From NCBI GenBank assembly GCA_963785725.1, contig CAWAWS010000022.1, forward strand, positions 192,001 to 256,000: DNA of 64,000 nucleotides, in the 5' to 3' direction. Of this stretch, positions 9,931 through 21,534 are shown piece after piece (within the stretch, counting starts at the first letter, position 1; each line of letters starts with the position of its first letter). Source of the stretch: an uncultured delta proteobacterium (lineage in GTDB: Bacteria > Myxococcota_A > Polyangia > Palsa-1104). The notes beneath the pieces were generated by a model. The model was not told the origin of the DNA. It worked only from the letters and a program-made list of their open reading frames with translations, and did not search any database. The translations under genes and the position numbers were made by a program.

Positions 9931-11354
9931 GTGGAACCGTCGGCGGGCCGCGTGCTGGCCGTGGATGACGACAAGAGCGTCCGCCGCATCCTGTCACGCA
10001 TCCTCGGCGACGCGGGCTACGACGTCCTCAGCTTCGAGTCGGGTGACGCGGCGCTGCCGCAGCTGATCGAGGGTGGCGGCGATCGCTTCGATGTCGTGCT
10101 CACCGACTTGGTCATGCCCGGCGATCTGGACGGCTTGGGCTTGCTGGCACAGCTCCGCGAGCGCGCGCTGGAGCTGCCGGTGATCGTCATGACCGGCAAC
10201 GCCACCGTGCAATCGGCGGTAGATGCCATGCGGCTCGGGGCCTACGATTATATCGAGAAGCCCTTTGCCATGGCCGACCTGCTCTTGCTCACCGTCGAGC
10301 GAGCGGTTGCGCATGGCCGCCTGCGCCGACATACCCGCCAGCTCGAGAGCGAGCTGACACGCGCCGGCCATCTGCGCGGCATCGTCGGCCAGTCGGCGCG
10401 CATTCGTGACGTCTTCGGCCTCGTCTCGGCGGTGGCCGCCACCGACGCCACGGTGCTGCTCCTCGGCGAGAGCGGAACCGGCAAGGAGCTGGTCGCGCGC
10501 GCCATCCACGATCAGAGCGCGCGCAGCGACCGGCCGTTCGTGCCCGTCAACTGCTCGGCGCTGCCGGAGAACCTGCTCGAGAGCGAGCTGTTCGGGTACG
10601 TCAAAGGCGCCTTTACCGGTGCCGCCGCTCACCGGCAGGGCCTGTTCGAAGAGGCCGAAAGGGCACCCTCTTCCTCGACGAAGTGGGCGACATTTCGCCG
10701 GCGCTGCAGATGCGCCTGCTGCGCGTGCTGCAGGAGGGCGAGATCCGGCCTGTCGGCGCGACCGGCGCGCGCAAGGTCGACGTCCGCATCATCGCGGCGA
10801 CCAACAAGAACCTGTCGGCCGCGATGCGCGCGGGGACGTTCCGCGAAGACCTCTATTACCGCTTGAACGTGGTCGCGATCGAGCTGCCGCCGCTGCGCGA
10901 GCGGCTCGCCGATCTCCCGCTGCTCGTGCAGCACTTCATCGGCAAATATGCCAACCGCTACGGCAAGGAGATTCGCGCCGTCGATGCGGCCGTGCTCGAT
11001 CGCCTCGGCCGCTATCGCTGGCCGGGTAACGTGCGCGAGCTGGAGAACATCATCCAGCGCGCCATCGTGCTCACTTCGGGCCAGACGCTCACGGTTGGCG
11101 CGCTGCCGCCGTACCTGCAGGGCGAGGCGGTCGTCGCGGCGTCGGCGGCCCCCGAAGAGCCGACGCCGCTGTGGAACGACGCCCGAGTGGACTTCGAGCG
11201 GCGCTACTTGCAGTCGGTGCTGGCGCGTACGCACGGGAACCTGAGCGAGGCCGCGCGTACATCGGGGCTCGACAAGTCGAACCTCCGCCGCATGCTGCGC
11301 CGGAACGGCATCGAGGCGAGCGACTTTCGCGACGACTCCAACGAGCCACACTGA
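9931..11354 (+). pseudogene. Sigma-54-dependent (NtrC-family) response regulator with one frameshift near 10660
   Basis: Receiver, [14 protein letters not shown] in one frame; [25 protein letters not shown] and Fis HTH in another; one base missing in gaaagggcacc. May be a sequencing error. Confidence 0.85.
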
Positions 11355-11478
11355 GGCGGGTCCGCCTCTTCCGACCAGCCTGCGCCGACGCCAGCGAAGC
11401 GCAAGTGGGCCGCAGACGGATCGCGGCTACCGGCGGGCGACGATTGCCTGCGCGGTCGCGCGACGCATCCTTGCGAGC

Positions 11479-11612
11479 GTGACCGCACTCGACGATCGCA
11501 GAGCGCAGATGTTTCCCCGTCTCGACGACGGGCAGATCGACCGCATCGCGCGCTGCGGGCGGCGCCGGCGCGTCGATGCCGGCGAGCTGCTCTTCGAGGC
11601 CGGCGAGCGCAA
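11479..11612 (+). pseudogene. N-terminal remnant of a cNMP-binding/thioredoxin reductase-type protein
   Basis: RRAQMFPRLDDGQIDRI...GELLFEAGER, after which similarity ends. Confidence 0.5.
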
Positions 11613-11657
11613 AACGCGGCACCGACAGCTCGCCCGCATTATCGACGTCTCGGTAGG

Positions 11658-11918
11658 ATGCCGTCTTGTATTTCTCTGCGCCAGAAGTCCAACTCCCTCG
11701 ACGGCGTGAAGGTGTTCTCGGCCACGACGCAGCCGGCTCGAGAGCGGCTCGGCGAGAAGGTCACTGCGTGGCTCGCAGCGAACGCGTCCGTCGCCATTGT
11801 CGACGCGACCGTGACGCAATCGAGCGATCACGCGTTTCACTGCCTCGCGATTACCCTCTTCTACGTCACGCCTACCCGAGCACCGCGCGCAGCTTTCGCG
11901 CCAGCGCGAACGGAGTAA
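11658..11918 (+). CDS. Small conserved myxobacterial-type hypothetical protein
   Basis: GVKVFSAT...RERLGEKVTAWL...VTQSSD.AFHCL.ITLFY resembles a small family I recall from myxobacteria; true start uncertain. Confidence 0.6.
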   Translation: MPSCISLRQKSNSLDGVKVFSATTQPARERLGEKVTAWLAANASVAIVDATVTQSSDHAFHCLAITLFYVTPTRAPRAAFAPARTE

Positions 11919-14229
11919 ACGGCTTCTGAATGAAATTGACTCCAGGTTCGAGCACGCCTTGCTGCACGATGGCGTGGTCGCTGAATCCCGACATGAACAG
12001 CACCTTCAACTCCGGGTTCAGCTGCAGGAGCACGTCGGCCACCTGGCGGCCGTTTGCGAGCGGCAGGATGACGTCGGTGAGCACGAGATCGTACGCGTGC
12101 GGTTGATCCTGAAAGCGTTGAATCGCCTGCCGTGGACTGTCCGCGACGTCGACAGCATAGCCGTGCATCTTCAGTATCCGCTCGACAGCCGCGCGCACCA
12201 TCGCATCGTCTTCGACCAGCAGCACGCGCTCGCCGCGCGAGCGGAGGTTCGCCTCTTCCGGTCGCGCGATCGACGGCACGACTTCCGCGTCGACGCGCGG
12301 CAGATACACCCTGAAGCAGGACCCTCGTCCGGTTTCGCTGTAGACGCAAATGTAGCCGCCGCTCTGCTTCACGATCCCGTACACCATCGAGAGGCCGAGC
12401 CCGGTGCCGCGGCCGCGCTCCTTGGTCGTGAAGAACGGCTCGAAGCATCGTGACATGACTTGAGTGTCCATGCCGACGCCGTCGTCGCTCACCGACAAGA
12501 GCACATAGCGACCGGCCCTCGCTCCGGCGTGGCCGGCGACATACTCCTCGTCGAGCTCGACGTTGTGCGTCTCCAACGTCAAGGTGCCGCCGTTGGGCAG
12601 GGCATCGCGCGCGTTCAGAACGAGGTTCATCACGACCTGGCTGACTTGCGTGACGTCGACGAACGCGTTGCCCACCGCGGGATCGAACGCCGTCGAGACC
12701 TTGATATCCTCGCCGATGACGCGGCGGATCATCTTCCACACGTCGGCGATCGCCGAGTTCAGATTGACGACCTTCGGCTCCAGCACCTGCTTGCGGCTGA
12801 ACGCGGTCAGTTGCCGCGTCAAGGTCGCCGCGCGTTCGGCGGCGGCTGCGACCTCCTCCGCGTCGGGACGAACCTTGGAGTCGGGCGCCAGATGGTCGAG
12901 GATGAACTGACAGTTGGCCAGGATCACCGCCAGGATGTTGTTGAAGTCGTGCGCAACGCCGCCGGCGAGCTGGCCGACCGCCTCGATCTTCTGCGCCTGC
13001 CTCAGACTCTCCTCGAGCTGTTGATGAGCGGTCACGTCATCCAAGATTCCGTCGCTGTGCGCGACGCCGTCCACGTAGTAGCGCGCGCTCGAGCGGCTCT
13101 TGATCCAGATCCAGCGGCCGTCTTTCCGCTGGAAGCGGTAGAGGTGCTCGAACGAGCCGGCCTGTCCGGCGAGGAACGCGTCGTTCGCGTTGATGATGCG
13201 ATCGCGGTCGTCGTCATGGACTCGCGACAGCCACAGGGCGACGCCGGCCGGCGGCCGCAGCTCCTCGACGGTGTACCCGAACATCTGCTCCACGTTCGAC
13301 GTCATGAAGGTGAGGTCGCCGTTGGCGTTGCGCGTGAAGATCACGTCGGGCAGCCGCTCGACCAGTTTGCGGTAGCGCTCTTCGCTGGCACGCAGCGCCT
13401 CGCCGACGCGCGTACTTTCGGTGACATCGCGGCCGATGCTCAGCACCTGCACGGTGCCGTCGACCTCCACGACGCTGCTGGAGAACTCGATCAGCGACAC
13501 CGTACCGTCGGTGGCCAAGACCGGCACCGCCGCCTGCGCCCGCCCCAATTGGACGTGCTCGTTGTAGAGGGCCACGGTCGCCTGCGCTCGCTCGGGCGGC
13601 GCGAACTCCGAGATGTGGCGCCCGATGAGCGCGCCGCGCGCCACTTTCAGCGTCTGCTCCATTCGACGGTTCGCTTTGATGAAGCGGCCTTCACGACTGA
13701 TCACGCAGACGTTGTCGTTCGCGGCATCCAGCAGCTGCTGATAACGCGTCTCCGAGCTCCGCGCGTGCGTGGCGAGCCTGACCAGCTGCACGTTCAACCG
13801 ACGCAGATGCTCGGCGTTCACCTCCACGCACTCGGCGCTCGGCGGCGGCGGCGACCCGGTCGCGAGGACGAGCTGCAACGCTTCGATCTCCGCGGTAAAT
13901 TCCGACGTGCGACGAACCAACCGATTGGCACCTACCTTTTCGGCCAGCGCCTCGTCGGCGACGCCACCGAAGTGCGCGCTCATCAGGATGACTGGAACGC
14001 CGCGCAACGACGGCTCTCGTCGCACTTGCTGACAGAAGTCGAAGCCGTCCAGCTCGCCCAACATCACCTCGCTGAGGATCGCCAACGGTGGATCGTGACG
14101 CGCGCGCGCGAGCGCGTCGTCCGCCTCCTCGGCGCCCTCGACCTCGTAGCCCGCGGCCGTCAGGCGCGCCCATCCCCGCCTCCGCTGCCGCGGATCGTGG
14201 TCGACCAAGAGCACTCGCTTCGTCTTCAT
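11872..14229 (-). CDS. Hybrid sensor histidine kinase REC-PAS-PAS-HisKA-HATPase-REC (CckA-like)
   Basis: AGGVAHDFNN, NLVLNARDA, DDGVGM, FEPFFTTK, GTGLGL, terminal receiver. Confidence 0.93.
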   Translation of the reverse strand: MKTKRVLLVDHDPRQRRRGWARLTAAGYEVEGAEEADDALARARHDPPLAILSEVMLGELDGFDFCQQVRREPSLRGVPVILMSAHFGGVADEALAEKVGANRLVRRTSEFTAEIEALQLVLATGSPPPPSAECVEVNAEHLRRLNVQLVRLATHARSSETRYQQLLDAANDNVCVISREGRFIKANRRMEQTLKVARGALIGRHISEFAPPERAQATVALYNEHVQLGRAQAAVPVLATDGTVSLIEFSSSVVEVDGTVQVLSIGRDVTESTRVGEALRASEERYRKLVERLPDVIFTRNANGDLTFMTSNVEQMFGYTVEELRPPAGVALWLSRVHDDDRDRIINANDAFLAGQAGSFEHLYRFQRKDGRWIWIKSRSSARYYVDGVAHSDGILDDVTAHQQLEESLRQAQKIEAVGQLAGGVAHDFNNILAVILANCQFILDHLAPDSKVRPDAEEVAAAAERAATLTRQLTAFSRKQVLEPKVVNLNSAIADVWKMIRRVIGEDIKVSTAFDPAVGNAFVDVTQVSQVVMNLVLNARDALPNGGTLTLETHNVELDEEYVAGHAGARAGRYVLLSVSDDGVGMDTQVMSRCFEPFFTTKERGRGTGLGLSMVYGIVKQSGGYICVYSETGRGSCFRVYLPRVDAEVVPSIARPEEANLRSRGERVLLVEDDAMVRAAVERILKMHGYAVDVADSPRQAIQRFQDQPHAYDLVLTDVILPLANGRQVADVLLQLNPELKVLFMSGFSDHAIVQQGVLEPGVNFIQKPFTPFALARKLRAVLG

Positions 14230-14684
14230 GGCTGATACCCCAGCGCACGCCCGAGCGCGTGCAGCGAAAACGGCTTCTCCAGCAATACGGCGTCGGGCGC
14301 GAGTCGCCCTCGGTCGACGAGCGCCTGCCGACCGTGGCCGGACATGAAGACCACGCGCAGGTCGGGACAGAGCTGGCCGATGGCGACCGCGGTCGCCGCG
14401 CCATCGCCACCGTCGCCGAGGTCGACGTCGATCAACAGGAGGTCGAGGTCACGGCCGTAGGGGCGGCAGACCCCAACTGCCTCGTCGAGGATACTGCAGG
14501 GCAGCACGGTGTGCCCGAGCGATCTCTGCCTGCGCACCGTCGCGCGCAGCAGCGGCACATCATCGTCGAGGAAGAGCCCGCGGCGCGAGGCCGACACGCT
14601 CGTCGCGCCCCGGCAGCGCACCGGCTCGCCGCCGTTCGAGTCGATGAGATGAACCGCGGACGACGACCTGACCGAATGATTCAA
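14226..14684 (-). CDS. Response regulator receiver protein (divergent)
   Basis: LFLDDD...LLLIDVDL...FMSGH...LEKPF; stop overlaps kinase start; start uncertain. Confidence 0.7.
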   Translation of the reverse strand: MNHSVRSSSAVHLIDSNGGEPVRCRGATSVSASRRGLFLDDDVPLLRATVRRQRSLGHTVLPCSILDEAVGVCRPYGRDLDLLLIDVDLGDGGDGAATAVAIGQLCPDLRVVFMSGHGRQALVDRGRLAPDAVLLEKPFSLHALGRALGYQP

Positions 14685-14855
14685 GTCCCCACAGCCCCAC
14701 CGCGATTGAGAGTCACACTCAGCACACGCTCATGTTGAACCCATGTTGCGGCGCGGTCTGGGACAGGGCTGATTCCGTCTTTTGGAGGGTTCTGCTGCTT
14801 GTCTGACGAGGGCCGCGACCGAACGCACCGCGTCCCGCACGCGCCTCGCCGACGA

Positions 14856-15785
14856 TTACCGCGAGCCGGACAGACGCCGTGGCGCGCGCAGGAAGCTGCT
14901 CGGAGTGACGCCGAACCGTTTCTTGAACGTGCGTCCGAGGTGCGACTGGTCGGCGAAACCGCAGTCGAATGCGCTCTCCGCAATCGACTTGCCGGCTGCG
15001 ATCATTTGTCGCGCACGCTGGAGCCGCCGTTCCATCACGAACGCATGCGGAGTCCAGCTCGTGCAGCGTTTGAACTCGCGCGCGAAATGCGCCGGCGAGA
15101 GCCCGGCGATGGCCGCGAGGTCGTCGACGCTGATGCAGCTCGCGAGCGTCTCCTCGATTCTTTCGAGCACGGTGTCGAGACGGCCGTCCAGCGCGCCTCG
15201 CGTCTTCGCCACTTCGACGCGCTGACCGAATTGTCGCGCGAGCCGCGACGCGACCGCGATGCCCGCCGCGTCGGCAAACAGCGGCCCCGACGAGCCTCCG
15301 GCCTTCGCCTCCAGCAACAGTGCGCGCGTTACGCAGGCGAGCGTCTCGTCGGTCGCGCTACAGGCGTACCGGAGCGCGACGTCGGCGCCGACGGCGCGGC
15401 GCATCTTCTCGACCGAGACTTCGAGGATGCCGTAGCGCGTCGTGCCCGGATTGCGTCTGGTGAAAGGCCGACCCGCGGGATTGATCCACATACTGCCCGG
15501 CGCCATCGTGACCTTGGTGAAGCCGTGCGATTCCTTGCTTTCGATCAGCAACGGCTTCGAGTCGATATTCATGACGATCAGATGGCCGGCGACAGTCAGA
15601 TCATCCGCCACCCAGTCCACTTCTCGGCCAGTCTCCGCGATGATGCCGTCCCAGCCGAGCGCCCGGCTCGATGCCGTGATGGTCTTCGCATTCAACGCGT
15701 CGGGGACGAGCGCGCCCGAATCAGCGCGGACAAAATGGATGCCTGTCGTTAGTCGCTGTTTCGCAGTTTGCAAATCTTCGCTCAT
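14856..15785 (-). CDS. AraC-family transcriptional regulator
   Basis: LAAIAGLSPAHFAREFK and CGFADQSHLGRTFKKRFGVTP. Confidence 0.92.
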   Translation of the reverse strand: MSEDLQTAKQRLTTGIHFVRADSGALVPDALNAKTITASSRALGWDGIIAETGREVDWVADDLTVAGHLIVMNIDSKPLLIESKESHGFTKVTMAPGSMWINPAGRPFTRRNPGTTRYGILEVSVEKMRRAVGADVALRYACSATDETLACVTRALLLEAKAGGSSGPLFADAAGIAVASRLARQFGQRVEVAKTRGALDGRLDTVLERIEETLASCISVDDLAAIAGLSPAHFAREFKRCTSWTPHAFVMERRLQRARQMIAAGKSIAESAFDCGFADQSHLGRTFKKRFGVTPSSFLRAPRRLSGSR

Positions 15786-16077
15786 AGTCCAGTCGTCAAT
15801 TTGTGACGCGCGACCGCAGTCGTCAAGTCACTGCGGAGACGTCGATCGTCACGTCGGTGCGAGCTCTATCGCGCGTCGATGATGGCTCCCGTTACTGAAC
15901 AGGGACAACGAAATCAGGCTGTAGTCGGCTCGCTCGACGGTAGGCTGCGAGCTCCGGGCGCGCCTGCGGCGTGACGCCGCGCGCGTGAGCGAGCTCGGCG
16001 AGCACGCGCCCCTTCGAGCTGCGCGGCGACGGGAAGTGCCCGTGGCCGAGGGGCGAGTAGGCGACGACCGCTAGCTG

Positions 16078-17563
16078 CAATGCCGATCGGATAGCTGCAA
16101 GTGATCGTCGCTGCGGGGTTTTTGCATAGCGCTCCGCAGAAAGTAGCGCGCGGCGCTGAGGAGATCAGGATTCAGCGATCATCCCTGGTGCAATCGCATG
16201 CTACTCGAAGGCGCCCTACAGTACACGGCAGTCCGAGCGACGCCGGATTCGTTCGAGAATTCACCCGCCACCTCAACCCGGTGCAGCTTGAAGAGGCACT
16301 GGCCGCAACCGGCGTCGCAACGCTGCGCAAGCGACGGCTGCCGGCCGTGCAGGTGCTGTGGATTGTCCTGGGCATGGCGCTGTTTCGCAATCGCGCCATC
16401 GAACGCGTCGTCGCGAGCCTGGACCTGTGTCTGCCCAGCGCGACGGGAAGGCTGGTGGCTAAAAGCGCGATCGCCGAGGCTCGCCAGCGACTCGGCGAGG
16501 AGCCTCTCGCCTATTTGTTCCATTCCACCGCTGCCGAATGGTCGGCGCGCAGCGCCGAGCGCCATCGATGGCGCGAGCTGAGCGTTTACGTATACGACGG
16601 CACGACTTTACGTGTGCCTGACTCCGTCGATAACCGCGCAGAATTCGGCGGACAATCCGCGGGTGCTCAACACGGGATGAGCGGTTATCCGATGGTTCGT
16701 ATCGTCGGGCTGATGGCCGCGCGTTCGCATATCCTCTCGGCCTTTCGTTTCGCGAGCTACGCGACCGGCGAAGTGACGCTCGCCAATGAGCTGTGGCGCG
16801 AAGTGCCCGAACATTCGTTGACGCTGGTCGACCGAGGTGCACCGTTGCCGTCGCTGGTTCAACTTCGGGCCAGCGGCAAAGAGAAGCACTTCCTGACGCG
16901 CCTCAAGTCGCGGACTCCGGTGAAGATCGTAAAGATGCTCGGCAAAGGCGATCATCTAGTCGAAATCCCACTATCGCGAGAAGCGCGAAAGGAGACGCCC
17001 GAGCTGCCCGCGACAGTCAGCCTGCGTGCGGTCCGCTATCAACGCCGCGGCTTCCGTCCATCGACGCTGCTGACGTCGCTGGTAGACGCCGAGCAATATC
17101 CAGCGGACGAGGTCATCGAGCTCTACCATGAGCGCTGGGAAATCGAGCTCGCCTACGACGAGGTCAAGACGCACTTGCTGGCGCGAGAAGAGTGCATTCG
17201 GAGTCGAACGCCAGCGGGAATCAGACAAGAGCTCTGGGGGATCGCGCTGGCGTACAACCTGATCCGCTTGGAGATCGAGCGCGTGGCCGACGAGGTTGGA
17301 GTGGCGCCCACGCGCATCAGCTTCATCAACGCGCTCGATCTCATTCGAGATGAGTGGATCTGGTGCTCGAACTCGCCGCCGGGCGCCATCCCCAAACAGC
17401 TCGACGAGTTGGCCCGTCGGCTCAGGCTTTTGGTGCTCCCCGAGCGTCGCACAGGCCGCGTTCTGCCTCGGGAAGTGAAGATCAAGATGTCCAGCTACAA
17501 CCGCAAGCGCCCCAAACCGGCACCATGACCTCGCCGACGCTCCACCTTATCCGAACGGCATTG
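16078..17563 (+). mobile_element. IS4-family insertion sequence, 1486 bp
   Basis: Terminal IRs caatgccgatcggata (16078-16093) and tatccgaacggcattg (17548-17563), one mismatch; 10-bp direct repeat ccgctagctg at 16068-16077 and 17564-17573. Confidence 0.95.
16101..17528 (+). CDS. IS4-family DDE transposase
   Basis: [22 protein letters not shown] (YREK motif), AYNLIR; true start may lie downstream. Confidence 0.93.
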   Translation: MIVAAGFLHSAPQKVARGAEEIRIQRSSLVQSHATRRRPTVHGSPSDAGFVREFTRHLNPVQLEEALAATGVATLRKRRLPAVQVLWIVLGMALFRNRAIERVVASLDLCLPSATGRLVAKSAIAEARQRLGEEPLAYLFHSTAAEWSARSAERHRWRELSVYVYDGTTLRVPDSVDNRAEFGGQSAGAQHGMSGYPMVRIVGLMAARSHILSAFRFASYATGEVTLANELWREVPEHSLTLVDRGAPLPSLVQLRASGKEKHFLTRLKSRTPVKIVKMLGKGDHLVEIPLSREARKETPELPATVSLRAVRYQRRGFRPSTLLTSLVDAEQYPADEVIELYHERWEIELAYDEVKTHLLAREECIRSRTPAGIRQELWGIALAYNLIRLEIERVADEVGVAPTRISFINALDLIRDEWIWCSNSPPGAIPKQLDELARRLRLLVLPERRTGRVLPREVKIKMSSYNRKRPKPAP

Positions 17564-17716
17564 CCGCTAGCTGGTCTTCCTCGCGGACGGGCAGCACCAG
17601 GCGCTCGATGGAGTGCGTCGCCACCGAGCGCGCCGCGTGTCGGCCGCCACCGCTGTTTTTGAAGCAATCCCTCGCGTGGGCGAGCACGAGGCGTGCATGA
17701 GATCAGTCGGGTGAGC

Positions 17717-20311
17717 ATGAAGAAGGGCGGCATCCCCGCGTTGCAGCGCGTCCATGTCCGCGGAGCGCGCGAGCACAACCTCAAGGACGTCGACGTCGAG
17801 ATCCCCCGCGACGCCCTGGTCGTGTTCACCGGCGTGTCCGGCTCGGGCAAGTCGTCGCTGGCGTTCGGCACGCTCTACGCCGAGGCGCAGCGCCGCTATC
17901 TCGAGTCGGTCTCGCCCGTACGCCCGGCGGCTGTTCCACCAGATGGCCGTGCCCGACGTCGACGCGATCGACGGCCTGCCGCCGGCCGTGGCGCTGCAGC
18001 AGCAGCGCGGCTCGCCGACGACGCGCTCGTCGGTCGGCAGCGTCACGACGCTGTCGAACCTGCTGCGCATGCTCTACTCGCGCGCCGGCGACCTATCCGC
18101 GCCGGCAGGCGCATCCTCTACGCCGAGGCGTTCTCGCCGAACACGCCCGAGGGCGCCTGCCCGCGCTGCCACGGCCTCGGCCGGGTCTACGACGTGACCG
18201 AGCGCTCGATGGTGCCGGACGACTCGCTGACCATCCGCGAGCGCGCCATCGCCGCCTGGCCGCCCGCCTGGCACGGCCAGAACCTGCGCGACATCCTCGA
18301 TCACGCTCGGCTACGACGTCGACACGCCCGTGGCGCGAGCTGCCGAAGAAAGACCGCGACTGGATCCTCTTCACCGACGAGCAGCCGACCGTCCCGGTCT
18401 ATGCCGGCTACACGCCGCGACGAGGTGCGGCGCGCGCTCAAGCGCAAGGAGGAGCCGAGCTACCAGGGCACGTTCACGAGCGCGCAAGCGCTACGTGCTG
18501 CACACGTTCGCCAACACGCAGAGCGCGCTCGATGAAGAAGCGCGTGTCGCAGTACATGATCGCGACGCGACTGCCCGGCTGTGCCACGGCAAGCGGCTGC
18601 GCCGCGAGTCGCTGTCGGTCACGTTCGCCGGCCTCGACATCGCCGACATCTCGCGGCTGCCGCTCGAAGCGGCTGGCCGCGCTCCTGCAGCCGTACGCCG
18701 ACGGGACGCGCGTCGGCTCGGCGAGCTCGCAGCCGATCATCCGGAGAAGGCGATCGTCGTCGCAGCGCATCGCCGAGGACCTGGTGGCGCGCCTCGCGGT
18801 GCTGCTCGACCTCGGGCTCGGCTACCTGTCGCTCGATCGCAGCACGCCGACGCTGTCGCCGGGCGAGCTGCAGCGGCTGCGGCTGGCGACGCAGGTCCGC
18901 TCCAACCTGTTCGGCGTCGTCTACGTGCTCGACGAGCCGTCGGCCGGGCTGCATCCCGCCGACACCGAGGCGCTGCTCGCGCGCGCTCGACCGCTTGAAG
19001 GCGGCGGGCAACTCGCTGTTCGTCGTCGAGCACGAGCTCGACGTCGATCCGCCACGCCGACTGGATCGTCGACGTCGGCCCGGCGCCGGCGAGCACGGCG
19101 GGCGCGTGCTCTACAGCGGCCCGCCCGACGGGCTCGCAGCAGGTCGAGGCGTCGCAGACGCGCCGCTATCTGTTCGGCGACGTACGCGCCTGCCGACGCG
19201 GGCGCCGCGCACGCCGACGGGCTGGCTGCGCCTGACCGGCGTCACGCGCAACAACCTCGACGAGCTCGACGTCGCCTTTCCGCTCGGGGTGTTCACGACG
19301 CGTGACCGGCGTGTCCGGCTCGGGCAAGTCGAGCCTGGTCAGCCAGGCGCTGGTCGAGCTGGTCGCCGACGCAGCTCGGCCACGACGTCGCCGACGAGGA
19401 GGACGAGGGCGACGAGCTCGAGCGCAGCCGCCGTGCGCGACGCGCGGCGGCGAGATCGCCGGCGGCATGGAGGGCATCAAGCGGCTGGTGCGCGTCGACC
19501 AGAAGCCGATCGGCCGCACGCCGCGCTCGAACCTGGCGACCTACACCGGCCTGTTCGATCACGTGCGCAAGCTGTTCGCCGCGACGAAGGCGGCGCGCGC
19601 CCGCCAGCTACGACGCCGGGCGCTTCTCGTTCAACGTCGCCAAGGGCCGCTGCGAGACCTGCGAGGGCGAAGGCTTCGTCATGGTCGAGCTGCTGTTCCT
19701 GCCGAGCGTCTACGCGCCCTGCCCCGACCTGCCACGGCGCGCGCTACAACGCCGAAGACGCTCGAGATCAACTATCGCGGCAAGACCATCGCCGACGTGC
19801 TCGCGCATGACCGTCGACGCGGCGTGGGAGTTCTTCGCCGACGAGCCGCACGTGCACCGCGCGCTCGACGTGCTGCGCGAGGTCGGCCTCGGCTACCTGC
19901 GCCTCGGCCAGCCGGCGACCGAGCTGTCCGGCGGCGAGGCGCAGCGCATCAAGCTGGCGACCGAGCTGCAGCGCGTCCAGCGCGGCGACACGCTCTACGT
20001 CCTCGACGAGCCGACCACCGGGCTGCATCCGGCCGACGTCGAGAAGCTGATGGCGCAGCTCGACGGGCTGGTCGATGCGGGCAACACGGTGATCGTCGTC
20101 GAGCACGACATGCGCGTCGTCGCCGGCAGCGACTGGGTGATCGACATCGGACCCGGCGCCGGCGACGAGGGCGGGCGGGTCGTCGCCGCCGGCGCCGCCC
20201 GAGCAGGTCGCGCGCTCGTCGAAGAGCCGGACGGCGCCGTACCTGGCGCGCTTCCTGGAGGCGTCGGCGGGCGAGAGGTCGCCTGCGCGCGACGACGGAC
20301 CGCACCCGTAG
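17717..20311 (+). pseudogene. uvrA: UvrA-like excinuclease ABC subunit A paralogue, multiply frameshifted
   Basis: [17 protein letters not shown] (x2), [33 protein letters not shown] and CxxC fingers spread over all three frames. Confidence 0.9.
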
Positions 20312-20578
20312 CCAAACATCACGGTTGTTGGGTCTACGAACGCGACTTTCGTCCACGACTCTGATCGCATACTGCGGCGCAAAATCGGCGGAATCCGCAG
20401 GCGTCCGGAGCAGTCTTGACGCGTCCAACCTCGATGATTACCGAAGACACGAACGAGCGAAGTCACCGGTTCGGGTAGACCGGGAGGTCGGTGCTCGAAT
20501 CGCTCATCGTCGGCTCATGATCCCAGCGTCCGCCGGTGACGCGCTGGGACGCTTGTCTACCTACGGAGGTAAGAGGCC

Positions 20579-21094
20579 ATGGCAAATCTGGTTCGGCGGA
20601 ATGAGCAGCAGGAGGTTGCAGTCAACGCTTGGGAGCCGCTTCGCCTGATGCGCGAGCTGATGAGCTTGGATCCCTTCGCCGAGATATTGCCGACGGTGAA
20701 TCGCTTCGAAGGGATGACGTTTGCGCCGCGCTTCGACGTGCGCGAGACCCAAGATGCGTACGTCTTCAAGGCGGATCTCCCCGGTATCGAAGAGAAAGAC
20801 CTCGACGTCACGCTGACCGGCAATCGGATCACCATCAGCGGCAACCGCGAGGCGGAGCAGCGCCAAGAGAACGAGACCCTCTATGCGTACGAGCGCAGCT
20901 ACGGCACCTTTTCGCGGACGTTCACGCTGCCCGAAGGCGCCGACTTCGATCGTTGCGAAGCGGAGCTGAGGAACGGCGTGCTCACCTTGTCGGTGCCGAA
21001 GCGACCGGAGCACCAGCCGAAGAAGGTGTCGATCAAGTCGATCGGCGAGAAGGTGAAGGCCGTCCTCGGCGGCAAGGATAAGGGCCAGGCATAG
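20579..21094 (+). CDS. Hsp20/alpha-crystallin small heat-shock protein
   Basis: FDVRET...ADLPG...ERSYGTFSRTFTLP...NGVLTL; GGAGG RBS. Confidence 0.95.
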   Translation: MANLVRRNEQQEVAVNAWEPLRLMRELMSLDPFAEILPTVNRFEGMTFAPRFDVRETQDAYVFKADLPGIEEKDLDVTLTGNRITISGNREAEQRQENETLYAYERSYGTFSRTFTLPEGADFDRCEAELRNGVLTLSVPKRPEHQPKKVSIKSIGEKVKAVLGGKDKGQA

Positions 21095-21534
21095 CTCGCC
21101 TGTAGCCCACGTTGGACACCCAAGGACGCGCGCGCGGAGTCCGAATGTTGAAGGCTCTCGCGCGCGCGACCGTGGAACAGCTCGAAGCGGACGGGCAGCC
21201 CGTTCTTTCCGGCGACGTCACCGACCACGCGCTGCGCGGATTTAGTGAGTCGCGGGCGGACTCTGTCGAGCGGGCTGCGTCCGATGCGAGCTGGGAGACT
21301 GTGTGCGTGAGCTGCGAGCCGGCCCGCTTACATGACGAGGACGGCAAAGCCGCGTACAGCCAAGGAACAGAGAGAAAGGAGGACGGCCATGCCCCGTGCG
21401 TTCTCGCCGTTGACCTTCTCACGGCCTTATCGAGCGGCGGCCACCTTGCGTGCATTTAACCTTGAGTGAGGCAGTCGAGCTCTATCGTCGCGTACAGGAA
21501 CAGTGGGCCACGACCGATTGGGGAGGTGTCCGAC

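Larger units (their letters stand above)
15892..17625 (-). pseudogene. Aldo/keto reductase remnant interrupted by IS4
   Basis: Removing the IS and one target copy restores [28 protein letters not shown]...LAELAHARGVTPQ. Confidence 0.7.

Noticed and set aside
17693..20364. Programmed frameshifting in uvrA
   Set aside because: Too many shifts and no consistent slippery motif.
21112..21459. 115-aa ORF between hsp20 genes
   Set aside because: TTG start, no motif or RBS recognised.
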